Shown: positions 7,389 to 16,075 of the stretch, one piece after another
Layout: the number at the start of each line of letters is the position of its first letter
Position numbering within the stretch: the first letter of the stretch is position 1
Virus record (IMG/VR): IMGVR_UViG_3300048851_000120
Span: 1-39,443 of that record
DNA length: 39,443 nucleotides
Source of the DNA: a virus
Taxonomy: Duplodnaviria > Caudoviricetes
Reading direction: 5' to 3' (one strand)
Translations under genes and position numbers: made by a program
The notes under the pieces: generated by a model
What the model was told of the DNA's origin: nothing
The model's database searches: none
The model's input: only the letters and a program-made list of their open reading frames with translations

Positions 7389-7621
7389 GCGACACCACCG
7401 GCCTCCCCCCCGTCCCTATCGCCTACATGGACGTGATCGCCCTCATGGCCTCCTTGGTGGAGCTGGAGAAGGAGCACGGGCGCCAGGCTGAGCGCCACGG
7501 CGACCCCATCGGCATCCACCAGATGCACATGGAAGGCGCCCGCCGGCACCGTGCCGTCCTGGCCCAGGCCCTGAGCGACCTGCCCTGCTGGCGCCGGGCG
7601 ACCGGGGAGCACGCAGCATGA
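7385..7621 (+). CDS. Hypothetical protein
   Basis: GTGA overlap start, GGGAGG RBS, ATGA coupling downstream. Confidence 0.65.
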   Translation: MSDTTGLPPVPIAYMDVIALMASLVELEKEHGRQAERHGDPIGIHQMHMEGARRHRAVLAQALSDLPCWRRATGEHAA

Positions 7622-7983
7622 GCGTCACCCACACCGAGCTTCTGCACCTCCGCGAGGATCTGCAGATTGCCCTGGCCGTCGCCCCGCAGAACGAGCGGCC
7701 GAAGATGGCCTTCTTCCTCGACGTGATCAGCGAGGCCGAGGACGCGCAGAAGATGCGTCCGGCGCTGGAGCGCATCGCCCAGGGCGCGGCCGCGCCGCAG
7801 TTCGTGGCGCGCAGCACGCTCCGCTCGCTGGAGCCCGGCGGCGACGCGCAGCTTACCTGGAGCGATATCATGGCGCTGGGGGATCGCGTCGAGGCGCATC
7901 CCTATTGGGGCCCGCTGCTGCTGGGTTCCGTCCTCGGCATGGCCCTGCTGCTGTTCTACGGCGCCGCGTGGGTGCTGACATGA
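7618..7983 (+). CDS. Hypothetical membrane protein
   Basis: Coupled ORF with a C-terminal hydrophobic helix (PLLLGSVLGMALLLFYGAAWVL). Confidence 0.65.
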   Translation: MSVTHTELLHLREDLQIALAVAPQNERPKMAFFLDVISEAEDAQKMRPALERIAQGAAAPQFVARSTLRSLEPGGDAQLTWSDIMALGDRVEAHPYWGPLLLGSVLGMALLLFYGAAWVLT

Positions 7984-8297
7984 GCCTGAACACGCAGCAG
8001 TTCATTGCTCAGAACACCGGCGAGCCAACCTGCCGCAAGAAGTTCAGCGGCATCCCCGGTGTGGAATTGGAGGGCGACACAGCCCCGGCGGAGCCGCGCA
8101 TGGAATACGGCGTTCGTTCTGCCGCCCTGCGCAATCTGGCGGTGGGGGAGTCGCTCTTTGCTGCGGGCGCCTATGGCCAACGGAGCCTCTGGCAGTCAGC
8201 CGCCGCCAGCTTCGCGCGCCGCCACGGTTGGAAATTCACCACCAGGTCGGTGGTGAAGGACGGCAAGGAAGGCGTGCGCATCCGGAGGGTGGCATGA
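7980..8297 (+). CDS. Small phage protein, possibly DNA-binding
   Basis: LAVGES...KFTTRS...GVRIRRVA pattern seen in small phage proteins; ATGA overlaps on both sides. Confidence 0.65.
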   Translation: MSLNTQQFIAQNTGEPTCRKKFSGIPGVELEGDTAPAEPRMEYGVRSAALRNLAVGESLFAAGAYGQRSLWQSAAASFARRHGWKFTTRSVVKDGKEGVRIRRVA

Positions 8298-9223
8298 CTC
8301 GCATCACCTCCCCCGGCATCTACGAGATGCCCGCCGCCGACTATCACGCGGACCCGTGCGAGGTGCCCAGCCTGTCGGCCAGCGTGGCGCACATCCTCGA
8401 CACGCAGAGCGCCCGGCATGCTTGGGCCGCCCATCCGCGGCTGGCGCCGCATGACGACGAGCCGGAGGACACCACCAGCGCGGCCGAGGAAGGCAAGGCG
8501 CTGCATAGCCTGATCCTGGAGCGGGAAGACCGCATCGTTGCCGTGGACGCCGCCGACTGGCGCACCAAGGCTGCCAAGGAGGAGCGCGACGCCGCCCGGG
8601 AAAAGGGGATGATTCCCCTGCTGGTGAAGCGGGCCAAGGTGGTGCGCGCCTGCGCCGCCTCTGCCCTGGAGCAAATCGGCGCCTTTGACGATCCGCGCCC
8701 CCTCTTCCCTCTCGGCGGCAAGCCGGAAGCCGTGATGGTCTGGACCGAGGAAACCGTCTTTGGCCAGATCATGTGCCGCAGCCGGGTAGACTGGCTGCTG
8801 TCATCTGGCATCGACGACCTGAAGACCACGGCAGGCGACGGTCACCCGATGGACTGGAGCCGCAAGGTTGTCTCGGCCGGGTATGCCCTCCAGGCCGCGT
8901 TCTACATCCGGGGTGCCCAGGCGCTTGGCATGCGCCCCAAGTATTTCCGCTTCGTCGTGCTGGAGACGAAGCCGCCCTTCGGCCTTTCCGTGGTGGAGCT
9001 GGGCGCCGAGCACATGGCCCTGGCCATGGAAGCGGTGGAGCGGACCATGGAGGCGTGGGCCTGGAGCATCGCCAACGACAGTTGGCCCTCCTACCCGAAC
9101 AAGCCTTTCCGCACCGACCCGAAGCCATGGGAGACCGGAGAGGCGGAGACCCGCCACCAGTTGCGCCGCGGCTACATGCACAGCGATGCCGCAGTGCTCA
9201 AGGCAGGAATGCCCTTCGCATGA
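8294..9223 (+). CDS. Exonuclease VIII/RecE-like PD-(D/E)xK nuclease (DUF3799-like)
   Basis: PGIYEMPAADYHAD..LSAS, GKALHSLILE, CRSRVDWL...DLKT, GYALQAAFY motifs. Confidence 0.88.
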   Translation: MTRITSPGIYEMPAADYHADPCEVPSLSASVAHILDTQSARHAWAAHPRLAPHDDEPEDTTSAAEEGKALHSLILEREDRIVAVDAADWRTKAAKEERDAAREKGMIPLLVKRAKVVRACAASALEQIGAFDDPRPLFPLGGKPEAVMVWTEETVFGQIMCRSRVDWLLSSGIDDLKTTAGDGHPMDWSRKVVSAGYALQAAFYIRGAQALGMRPKYFRFVVLETKPPFGLSVVELGAEHMALAMEAVERTMEAWAWSIANDSWPSYPNKPFRTDPKPWETGEAETRHQLRRGYMHSDAAVLKAGMPFA

Positions 9224-10272
9224 ACGAGAATCCCTTCACCCCCGCCAATGAGTTCACGGACCCGCACGGGCTGTTCGTGGCGTTGGTCGGCGGCCCCAAC
9301 AGCGGGAAGACCTATTCGGCCCTCACCATCGCGCGCGGCATCGCCGGGCCTGACGGGAAGATCGCCGTGATCGACAGCGAGGGCGGCCGCACGCTGCACC
9401 TCAAGGATCAGTTCGCCTTCGACGTGGTGAAGCTGGACCCGCCGCACCGGCCCATGCGGTACCTCCGCATAGCCCAGCGGGCCCAGGCTGCAGGCTATGC
9501 GGCCCTGGTGATCGACAGCTTCACCACCCCCTGGCGCGGCCTCGGCGGCGTCCTGGACTGGCAGGATGAAATCCTAGAGGCGGTGGTTAGGGCGCGGCGC
9601 GAGAAGGCGGAGCGCATGGGGTGGGAATTCGACGAGGAGAAGACCCGCAACGCCAACAAGATGGCCGCCTCCATCGAGCCGAAGATGGACTGGAAGCTGA
9701 TGGTGGCCGGCCTGCTGGGTCTCTCCATCCCCATCATCTTCAGCATCCGCGGCGAGATGACCTTGGACCCGGACACCAAGAAAGAGGTGTTCAAGGCGCA
9801 GATGCAGAAGGGCTTCCTGTTCGAAGTCACGGTGTCTTTCCGCCTCTCCACCAAGGCGCGCGGCGTGATCGACCTTAGCCAGCCCGATCTCTACAAAATG
9901 GAGAGGGCGCACCGCCCGATCTTCCGCGATGGCGACCTCATCAGCCTGGAGCACGGTGCCAAGCTGGCGGCATGGGCGCGCGGCGAGGGAGCCGAAGCGC
10001 CGGAACCAGAGCCCCAGCGCCAGCCTCTGCCGATCATCAATCCATCGGGCGACCTGGTGGAAGCGAAGTTCGAAGCGCAGTGGGTGAAGTGGGGAGAGGC
10101 CTTCATCGCCAAGCTGGAGGACGCCCCTGCCCTCGGCGGCTGGCTCCGCTCCATGGAGCCGCACCTGACATCGCTGGAGAAGGCCGGGCACGCCCGCGCC
10201 GTGCAGCACATCCGCGACACCGCCAGCGCACGCCTGGACGCCCTGGCCGAGCAGCAGGTCGGAGCCGAGTGA
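9220..10272 (+). CDS. Sak4-like AAA ATPase (ssDNA annealing protein)
   Basis: Walker A GGPNSGKT, IAVIDSE, Walker B LVIDS; adjacent to the exonuclease. Confidence 0.82.
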   Translation: MNENPFTPANEFTDPHGLFVALVGGPNSGKTYSALTIARGIAGPDGKIAVIDSEGGRTLHLKDQFAFDVVKLDPPHRPMRYLRIAQRAQAAGYAALVIDSFTTPWRGLGGVLDWQDEILEAVVRARREKAERMGWEFDEEKTRNANKMAASIEPKMDWKLMVAGLLGLSIPIIFSIRGEMTLDPDTKKEVFKAQMQKGFLFEVTVSFRLSTKARGVIDLSQPDLYKMERAHRPIFRDGDLISLEHGAKLAAWARGEGAEAPEPEPQRQPLPIINPSGDLVEAKFEAQWVKWGEAFIAKLEDAPALGGWLRSMEPHLTSLEKAGHARAVQHIRDTASARLDALAEQQVGAE

Positions 10273-10472
10273 TGCACATCATCGAAGTGACCTGGCGCCA
10301 CAGGAACGACTTCAAGTTCGTCGCCTACTGCCGCCACTGCCAGAAGACGAGCCATCACGGCGATGGGTACGCCGATGCCTTCTACCAGCAGCAGGTATTC
10401 CCCGCCCGGCACTGCGAGCACTGCGGTGTGAACGAGCACGGTGAAGCCGCCTCGCAGGAGCCCAAGGCATGA
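10272..10472 (+). CDS. Small zinc-ribbon protein
   Basis: CRHC...CEHC; RNDF...GYADAFY; TGATG and ATGA coupling. Confidence 0.7.
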   Translation: MHIIEVTWRHRNDFKFVAYCRHCQKTSHHGDGYADAFYQQQVFPARHCEHCGVNEHGEAASQEPKA

Positions 10473-10969
10473 TCCGCTCCATCATGAAGTGCTTCCGCCG
10501 GTCGCCCCGCCGCGCCGCTGCCACCAGCGCCGCCGCACCCGCCGCCGTGACCGTGCCGAAGGTGATCATCGCCTACACGCCCGCCTGGGTGGTGAAGTCC
10601 ATGATGGCCGCCGGCGGGCTGGTGTGCGTCGGCGTGCTGGTCTGGCTGCCGGTCTATGCCGACACCTGGGGCAGCGAGCACGGCGGCACCCTGATTGCCG
10701 CGCCGGCGGAGGGCTACACGCCCCCTTTCGATCTGGCGGGGCTAAACACCGGGCCGGGGCTTTTCCCGGTGGTGCCTTCCGGCCCCTACCCTACCGGCCC
10801 GATGGCGGACCTGACGCCGCGCGCGCCCGGCTCATTCCCTCAGTCGAGCCGCCCCCAGCAGCCGGGCCACGCTGGACATGAGCCGCCGGTGACGGTGCCG
10901 GAGCCCGGCAGCCTAGCCGTGTTCCTCGCGGGGGTGGTGGGGCTGGTGGTCGCGCGGAGGGGGGCATGA
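10469..10969 (+). CDS. PEP-CTERM sorting-domain protein 1
   Basis: C-terminus VPEPGSLAVFLAGVVGLVVARRGA (PEP, TM helix, Arg cluster); N-terminal hydrophobic segment; Pro-rich body. Confidence 0.8.
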   Translation: MIRSIMKCFRRSPRRAAATSAAAPAAVTVPKVIIAYTPAWVVKSMMAAGGLVCVGVLVWLPVYADTWGSEHGGTLIAAPAEGYTPPFDLAGLNTGPGLFPVVPSGPYPTGPMADLTPRAPGSFPQSSRPQQPGHAGHEPPVTVPEPGSLAVFLAGVVGLVVARRGA

Positions 10970-11196
10970 CTGCGGCCGAGACCAAAGCCATCCTCGCTCT
11001 GCACGATGCGATGAAGGCCTTGCCGAATGCCGTCCGCGCCCTGACCAGCGGCGATATCGAGGGCCTGGCCCTGCCTCGCACAGACGGCATCGTCATGGCT
11101 GTCCGCGCCGTCGATGCGCTGCTGGCGGAGATCTACCGGAACCACACCACGGCCGCCGCACGTTCGGCGGCCCTTGCCACCAGGAGGAAGGCATGA
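10966..11196 (+). CDS. Hypothetical protein
   Basis: 76-aa ORF with ATGA coupling. Confidence 0.6.
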   Translation: MTAAETKAILALHDAMKALPNAVRALTSGDIEGLALPRTDGIVMAVRAVDALLAEIYRNHTTAAARSAALATRRKA

Positions 11197-11242
11197 CCCC
11201 GCCCAAGATGCGGGGCGGCGTATGCCGCCGCCGCCCTTGGCC

Positions 11243-11509
11243 TCAGCGCGGCGTCGTTGATGCGTTCTTGGCGCCGTACTTCATGCCGTCCTGTGTGCCC
11301 TTGATCACCTGCTTTGCGGCGGCGATCGTAAGTTCCTCGCTCTCGTTGCGCGGCTGCATGTTGGCAACAGAGCCCAGTCGTTCAGCGACCAGGCGCCGAG
11401 TTTCCGGGTCAGCTAAGCCGAGCATGAGGCCCATGGCCTCCTGCATGAACATGATTTCCAGCCGCATCTGCGTGACGTGTCGAACAAACTCCGGCGTCTC
11501 TTCAGACAT
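11243..11509 (-). CDS. Hypothetical protein (antisense moron)
   Basis: MSEETPEFVRHVTQMRLE..., 88 aa, GGAG RBS, helical protein-like composition. Confidence 0.55.
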   Translation of the reverse strand: MSEETPEFVRHVTQMRLEIMFMQEAMGLMLGLADPETRRLVAERLGSVANMQPRNESEELTIAAAKQVIKGTQDGMKYGAKNASTTPR

Positions 11510-11611
11510 CCGATTCTCCAACGGGTGTGTGGCACCACGCATGGTGAAGGCAGCACGCTGGGGCTGCAACGCCCCTGCCGTCGATACCCGTCCAACCGGG
11601 GAGCAGGAGTG

Positions 11612-11767
11612 ATGGCTGACCCCATCCGCGCCAGCGCCGCCAGCGCGGCCGTGCTTGTCGTGATCACCGCCCCCGCCGGCACCCCGCCGGCCGAGGTGGA
11701 GAGCACCGCAGGATTCGCCCTGGAGGAATGGCGGGCTCAGGCCGAGAAGGAGACCCGCCGTGGCTGA
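11612..11767 (+). CDS. Small hypothetical protein
   Basis: AGGAG RBS before ATG; overlaps the xis start. Confidence 0.5.
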   Translation: MADPIRASAASAAVLVVITAPAGTPPAEVESTAGFALEEWRAQAEKETRRG

Positions 11768-12101
11768 AGCCGCCATGACCCGCCAGCAGGTGGCCGAGCG
11801 GCTGGGTATCTCCCTCCGCCACGTCCAGACGCTGGAAGCCCGCCATTCGGTACCGGTGCTGCGCGCCGGCCGCCTTGTCCGATACGATGACCTAGCCTTC
11901 AAGGCCCTCACGGAGGCACTGCGATGCCCCTCAAGCTCACCCGCCGCGCCGGTTCGTCGGTCTGGTGGATCACCGGCACCCTTGACGGGCAGCGCGTCCG
12001 CCAAAGCACAGGCCGCACTGATCGCCGCGAGGCAGAGGATATCCTCGCCCGGCAAAGCAGCCGGCTCCACCGTGCTGCCGTTTTCGGGCAAGAGGCGGTA
12101 G
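11760..12101 (+). CDS. xis: Excisionase (HTH_17-like)
   Basis: MTRQQVAERLGISLRHV...RAGRLVRY winged HTH immediately before int; its tail overlaps int. Confidence 0.72.
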   Translation: MAEAAMTRQQVAERLGISLRHVQTLEARHSVPVLRAGRLVRYDDLAFKALTEALRCPSSSPAAPVRRSGGSPAPLTGSASAKAQAALIAARQRISSPGKAAGSTVLPFSGKRR

Positions 12102-12955
12102 TTGAGTGGGGCGACGCCCTCGCTTCCTACCTCGACGCGAACCCGCAGAAGGCCGGTAGCCTCGCCCTGCTGGACAAGCTGAACCGGGTCATGGATGGCA
12201 AGCTCCTCCGCGAGATCAACCAGGCCGCCCTAGACCAAGCCATCCGCATCCTGTGCCGCCCCGGCGCCGCCCCGGCCACGAAGCAGCGGAATGTGATCGT
12301 GCCGCTCAAGGCCGTGCTGAACCACGCGGCCCGCCGCGGCTGGTGCTCCCCGCCGGCCTTCGAGACGCCGAAGGGTGCCGGCGGCGTGAAGCGCACTCGC
12401 TGGCTCACCCCGGCCGAGTGGCGCCGGCTGGAGACAGCCGCAGCCCCGCACCTCCGCCCGCTGCTGGTCTTCCTGGTCGGCTGCGGCACCCGGCTGTCGG
12501 AGGCGCTGGAACTGGAGTGGGAGGCGGTGGACCTGGCGCATGCCCGGGCGGTGGTCTGGCAGAAGCAGGGGAACGAGCGGACCCTGGACCTGCCCCCGGC
12601 CGTGGTTGCCGCGCTGGCCAACCTGCCGGGCCGGGATGGCCGGGTCTTCCGCACCGATGACGGCAAGCCCTACCGAGACACCCAGCGGACCAGCGGCGGC
12701 CAGATCAAGACGGCCTTTATGGGCGCCTGCCGGCGGGCTCAGGTGCGCGGGGTCACGCCCCACACGCTGCGGCACACTTGGGCTTCCTGGCGGATGCTCT
12801 ACCTGAACGGCAATGCCTTCCGGCTGCGGATCGAGGGCGGATGGGCCAGCACCGATCAGGTGGACCGCTATGCCAAGCTGGTGCCGGACAGCATGCTGCC
12901 GGAGATCAAGGCGGCGTGGGGATTGGTGGGGCTTGCCTCGGCGCGGTCGGCGTGA
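11924..12955 (+). CDS. int: Tyrosine integrase
   Basis: Catalytic motifs GTRLSE, QKQG, HTLRHT, GGW and DRY. Confidence 0.95.
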   Translation: MPLKLTRRAGSSVWWITGTLDGQRVRQSTGRTDRREAEDILARQSSRLHRAAVFGQEAVVEWGDALASYLDANPQKAGSLALLDKLNRVMDGKLLREINQAALDQAIRILCRPGAAPATKQRNVIVPLKAVLNHAARRGWCSPPAFETPKGAGGVKRTRWLTPAEWRRLETAAAPHLRPLLVFLVGCGTRLSEALELEWEAVDLAHARAVVWQKQGNERTLDLPPAVVAALANLPGRDGRVFRTDDGKPYRDTQRTSGGQIKTAFMGACRRAQVRGVTPHTLRHTWASWRMLYLNGNAFRLRIEGGWASTDQVDRYAKLVPDSMLPEIKAAWGLVGLASARSA

Positions 12956-13191
12956 CACAACGCTGCCACACCGGTTCTCCCTGATTTAGGCACACCGTTG
13001 ATGTTGCTACAGATTTCCGCCTCGGACTGCGCCCTTGGTAAGGGAGAGGTCCAGGGTTCGATTCCCTGCAGCAGCACCACCGGCGCCCTTGATAAATAAG
13101 GGCTTACCCGACCATCCCCGTCTTCCCCCTGGTGAACGCACTGGCAACCAAAGGCCGGTTCGCGCACCCGTTTTGGCACATTCCTGACACA
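12953..13191. other. attP region with putative arm-type sites
   Basis: TGACACA-N4-TGCCACA (12953-12970) and TGGCACA-N4-TGACACA (13174-13191) flank the tRNA-derived core. Confidence 0.65.
13032..13079 (+). other. attP core = 3' half of tRNA-Thr(GGT); not a full tRNA
   Basis: cccttGGTaagggagaggtccagggttcgattccctgcagcagcaCCA covers the anticodon arm, T-arm, acceptor strand and CCA; no D-arm or 5' acceptor strand. Confidence 0.88.
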
Positions 13192-13265
13192 GCCCCCGGC
13201 TGCGTTCCTGAGCCGTGCCAGCGCATGGCTGCCATGCGGTCGATTCCTGGCTTGTTCCAACGGGG

Positions 13266-15392
13266 TCAGGCCAGCGCAACCTTCCAGTTGTAAAAGGTGG
13301 CCTGCCCGGTGTTGCCGTAGACAGTCAGGCGGAAGTCGTCAAAGCCGACCTGATCGACATTCCACCCAGCGGCGCCGCCGAAGCCGCCACTGGGCCACAC
13401 CATGATCTCGCTCTGCTTCGGCATCCGGCCGAGCCCGTGCGTGACCGTTACCGCCGGGTTGACGCCGGCGGGGACCTCGACTCGGCCGGACGCGCCATAG
13501 CTGGGGGCGATGATGTTCCCGCTATCCGACCAGCGCCGGGCGCTTGCGCTGGGCGAGAAGGAAATGTCGCCGCTGATGACGATGGTGTCTTGGTTCGTGG
13601 CCTCGACGGCGGGCCAGATCAGGGACGTGTCGCGGCCCCAATTCCGCAGGCTCACCCGCCCGTTCAGGGACAGGCGGTTCCACTGGCCGACCGACCGCAC
13701 CGCGCCATAGGAACTCCACACGCTTTCCAGGTCGGTAATGGAGATGTCGCTATTCTTGCCGAAGATGCCGACGGCCGTGGCGCCGGGCGGGTTCAGGGTA
13801 TGGCCGGAATAGACATAGTTTTCATACATGACGATGGCGCCGCCGTCAGAGCCGCCATTTGCCGCGCCGGCGCCCACTGAGCTGTCCACCTCGATCCCCA
13901 GGTTGCACAGGTCGAAATAGGCGTTGCTGATCACGGCCCGCTGCGTGGTGCCGACCGACCAGCCATAAATCTGATGGCCGGCTTTGTACCCGTACACGAA
14001 AAAGTTGGTGCCCATCACGCCATCGCACCGGCCGGTGCGCAGGGCCACGGCCGAATGGATCATGTAGGCCACCACCTCCACCGCATTCGACCACATGGGC
14101 CAGAAGTGAATGTGGTTGAAGCTGGTCACATCGTAGCTCTCGTGAACCTCGATGCCGGTTATGAGCGGCTGGCCGGTGACGGAGCCTATGCGAAGCCGCC
14201 CCGCCGCGCCGAAGGCAAGCCGGATGCCGCGCGAGCTATTCAGCAGGCACACCTGGTCAATGAAGATGTCGCAGTTGAGCAAGTGAATATCGAAGTCGTG
14301 GTCGTTGGCCACGAAGGGCACGCCGGCTTGCGGCTGCGGCTGGTTCCGAATGTGGCCGATGTCGCGATAGACGCCGCCCGTGGTGAAGGCGTTCCCGTCC
14401 CCGAACACGAAGCCAATGCCCGAATGATCGAAGTAGAACCAGGAGCCCAGTCCCCGGGTGCTGAAGGGAGACGGATTGGTGGCCATGCCCTCGCTACCAT
14501 GGCCCCACATGCGCGGGGCGCGCGCAAACACGAGCATCCGGGTAAGGCGATAGACGCCGCAGTTGATCTCCAGCATTCGGCCCGAGCGGATAGCCTCCTG
14601 GATGGCCCATTCCACCGCCACCGTGTCATCTTCCACACCGTCACCGACGGCGCCGAAATCGCGCACACTCAGGGCCTCTCCCATCTTGCCGTAGGGGTCG
14701 CGAGATACGGCATACCAGCCAGTCTGGAGGAATTGGCCCAGGCCGCCCCCGCCTCCCCCGCCGTCGCCACTCGGCAGTGTCGTCACGGTGGGCCGGCCCT
14801 GCGCGTCGAAGGAGAGCAGCTTGTTCGCGCGCGCCGCCTCCGCCGGCAGGAAGCCTGGAGGCCCTTCGCCCGGGGGCGCCATCAGCGAGCGCGAAATCTC
14901 GTCGCCGCGATTGGGCAAGACGGTGGGGTTGCCCTGAGCATCGAAAGCGAGAAGCTTATTCGCCCGGAGAGCCACCGGCGGCACGAGCCCCGGGGCCGCT
15001 TCGCCCGGAGGCACCTGCAAGGCCCGGTCCTGCGTCGTGGCGCGATCCACCAGCGCGGCAAATACGCGGTCGAATTCCGTATTGATCGCGCGAATGTCGA
15101 GCGTGCGGGACGGGTATGGGAAGTCCGTCAGACGCTCCAGCACGACACGGCGGCGGATGAGAATCCGACTGCCCTCCAGCCGGCCGTTGGTGAATCGCAG
15201 GGTGCCGCCTTGGAACCCACCGTCCACGGGGATGCCGATCACGAGATAGCCCGCCGTCAGCCGCACCCCGTCCACGTAAACCTCTACGTCCCGCCAGAGG
15301 AAAAACGGAAAAGTAATCGGGAAATCCGTTTGGCCAGCGGTGGCCATATAGGCAACGGCGGGCTCGTCGGATGGAACGGTGACGTGCGCCAT
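13266..15392 (-). CDS. Tailspike/tail fibre with pectate-lyase-like beta-helix (depolymerase)
   Basis: T7 gp17-like N-terminus (ATAGQTDFPITFPF...VEVYVDG); SVRDFGAVGDGVEDDT beta-helix start. Confidence 0.88.
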   Translation of the reverse strand: MAHVTVPSDEPAVAYMATAGQTDFPITFPFFLWRDVEVYVDGVRLTAGYLVIGIPVDGGFQGGTLRFTNGRLEGSRILIRRRVVLERLTDFPYPSRTLDIRAINTEFDRVFAALVDRATTQDRALQVPPGEAAPGLVPPVALRANKLLAFDAQGNPTVLPNRGDEISRSLMAPPGEGPPGFLPAEAARANKLLSFDAQGRPTVTTLPSGDGGGGGGGLGQFLQTGWYAVSRDPYGKMGEALSVRDFGAVGDGVEDDTVAVEWAIQEAIRSGRMLEINCGVYRLTRMLVFARAPRMWGHGSEGMATNPSPFSTRGLGSWFYFDHSGIGFVFGDGNAFTTGGVYRDIGHIRNQPQPQAGVPFVANDHDFDIHLLNCDIFIDQVCLLNSSRGIRLAFGAAGRLRIGSVTGQPLITGIEVHESYDVTSFNHIHFWPMWSNAVEVVAYMIHSAVALRTGRCDGVMGTNFFVYGYKAGHQIYGWSVGTTQRAVISNAYFDLCNLGIEVDSSVGAGAANGGSDGGAIVMYENYVYSGHTLNPPGATAVGIFGKNSDISITDLESVWSSYGAVRSVGQWNRLSLNGRVSLRNWGRDTSLIWPAVEATNQDTIVISGDISFSPSASARRWSDSGNIIAPSYGASGRVEVPAGVNPAVTVTHGLGRMPKQSEIMVWPSGGFGGAAGWNVDQVGFDDFRLTVYGNTGQATFYNWKVALA
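14784..15029 (-). repeat. Duplicated 37-aa module in the tailspike neck
   Basis: DRALQVPPGE...RANKLLAFDAQGNPTV (14919-15029) and SRSLMAPPGE...RANKLLSFDAQGRPTV (14784-14894). Confidence 0.85.
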
Positions 15393-15412
15393 GGGGGTCT
15401 CCTTCCCCCGCG

Positions 15413-15464
15413 CCTATCCAGAGCACACCCAATGCTTGCAAGGTTTTAGCCTCCTCTGGATAGG
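15413..15464. promoter_or_regulatory. Divergent late promoters 2 and 3 sharing one palindromic -35
   Basis: TTGCAA (15436-15441) followed by 17 bp and GATAGG on both strands; inverted repeat cgcctatccagag...ctctggataggcg. Confidence 0.78.
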
Positions 15465-15481
15465 CGGCGGCGGAGGGCCCT

Positions 15482-16075
15482 ATGAGCCGCAGCAAAATCG
15501 ATGTCGCGAATGAGGCCCTGGCGCATGTCGGCGCGGCCCGCATCGCTGCCTTCGACGACGGATCAGCCGAGGGTGAGCAGGTCTCTCGCCACTATGAAAG
15601 CGTGGTCGGCACGGCGCTGCTGACCCCCGGCGGCGCGCCGTTCCGGTGGTCCTGGGCCACCCGGCAGGATCGGCTGACCCGCCTGGACGAGACGCCCCAG
15701 GCGCGCTGGGCCTACGCCTATCAGGCGCCGCTGGACTTGCTGCGGCTGCATGCCGTGACCCGCGGCGGCCATCCCATCGCCTACACCGTCCATCGAGACA
15801 ACATCCTCTGCGATGAGGACGGCGGCTTGGTGGCCGACTACACAATGCGGGTGGATGAGGATGGCTGGCCGCCCGATTTCGCCGCAGCGGTGGCCCTGGA
15901 GCTGGCCACCCGGCTGGCTGTGGGCCTGAACGAGAACGCCGACCTCGCCGGCACCCTGGCGAAGATGCTGGACTGGCGCGGGGTGCGCACAGCCGACAGC
16001 CAAGCCCGCACCTCCCCCCGTCTCCGCGCCACCCGCCTGACGGCCGCCCGCTTCGGAGGCCGCCCCCGGTGGTGA
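15482..16075 (+). CDS. Tail tubular protein A (T7 gp11-like adaptor)
   Basis: SKIDVANEALAHVG...I, WSWAT, WAYAYQAP.D.LR motifs. Confidence 0.85.
   Translation: MSRSKIDVANEALAHVGAARIAAFDDGSAEGEQVSRHYESVVGTALLTPGGAPFRWSWATRQDRLTRLDETPQARWAYAYQAPLDLLRLHAVTRGGHPIAYTVHRDNILCDEDGGLVADYTMRVDEDGWPPDFAAAVALELATRLAVGLNENADLAGTLAKMLDWRGVRTADSQARTSPRLRATRLTAARFGGRPRW

Noticed and set aside
13007-13079. Complete phage tRNA-Thr gene
   Set aside because: The 5' acceptor strand and D-arm are missing; only the att core remains.
13266-15392. Diversity-generating retroelement or invertase-based tail switching as in BPP-1 or Mu
   Set aside because: No reverse transcriptase, TR/VR pair or serine invertase is visible; the only repeat is an in-frame neck duplication.
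15411-15465. Inverted repeat as a terminator or IS end
   Set aside because: It has a long loop, no U-tract and lies between divergent starts; single arms recur at 1153 and 33896 with -35 spacing, which fits promoters better.
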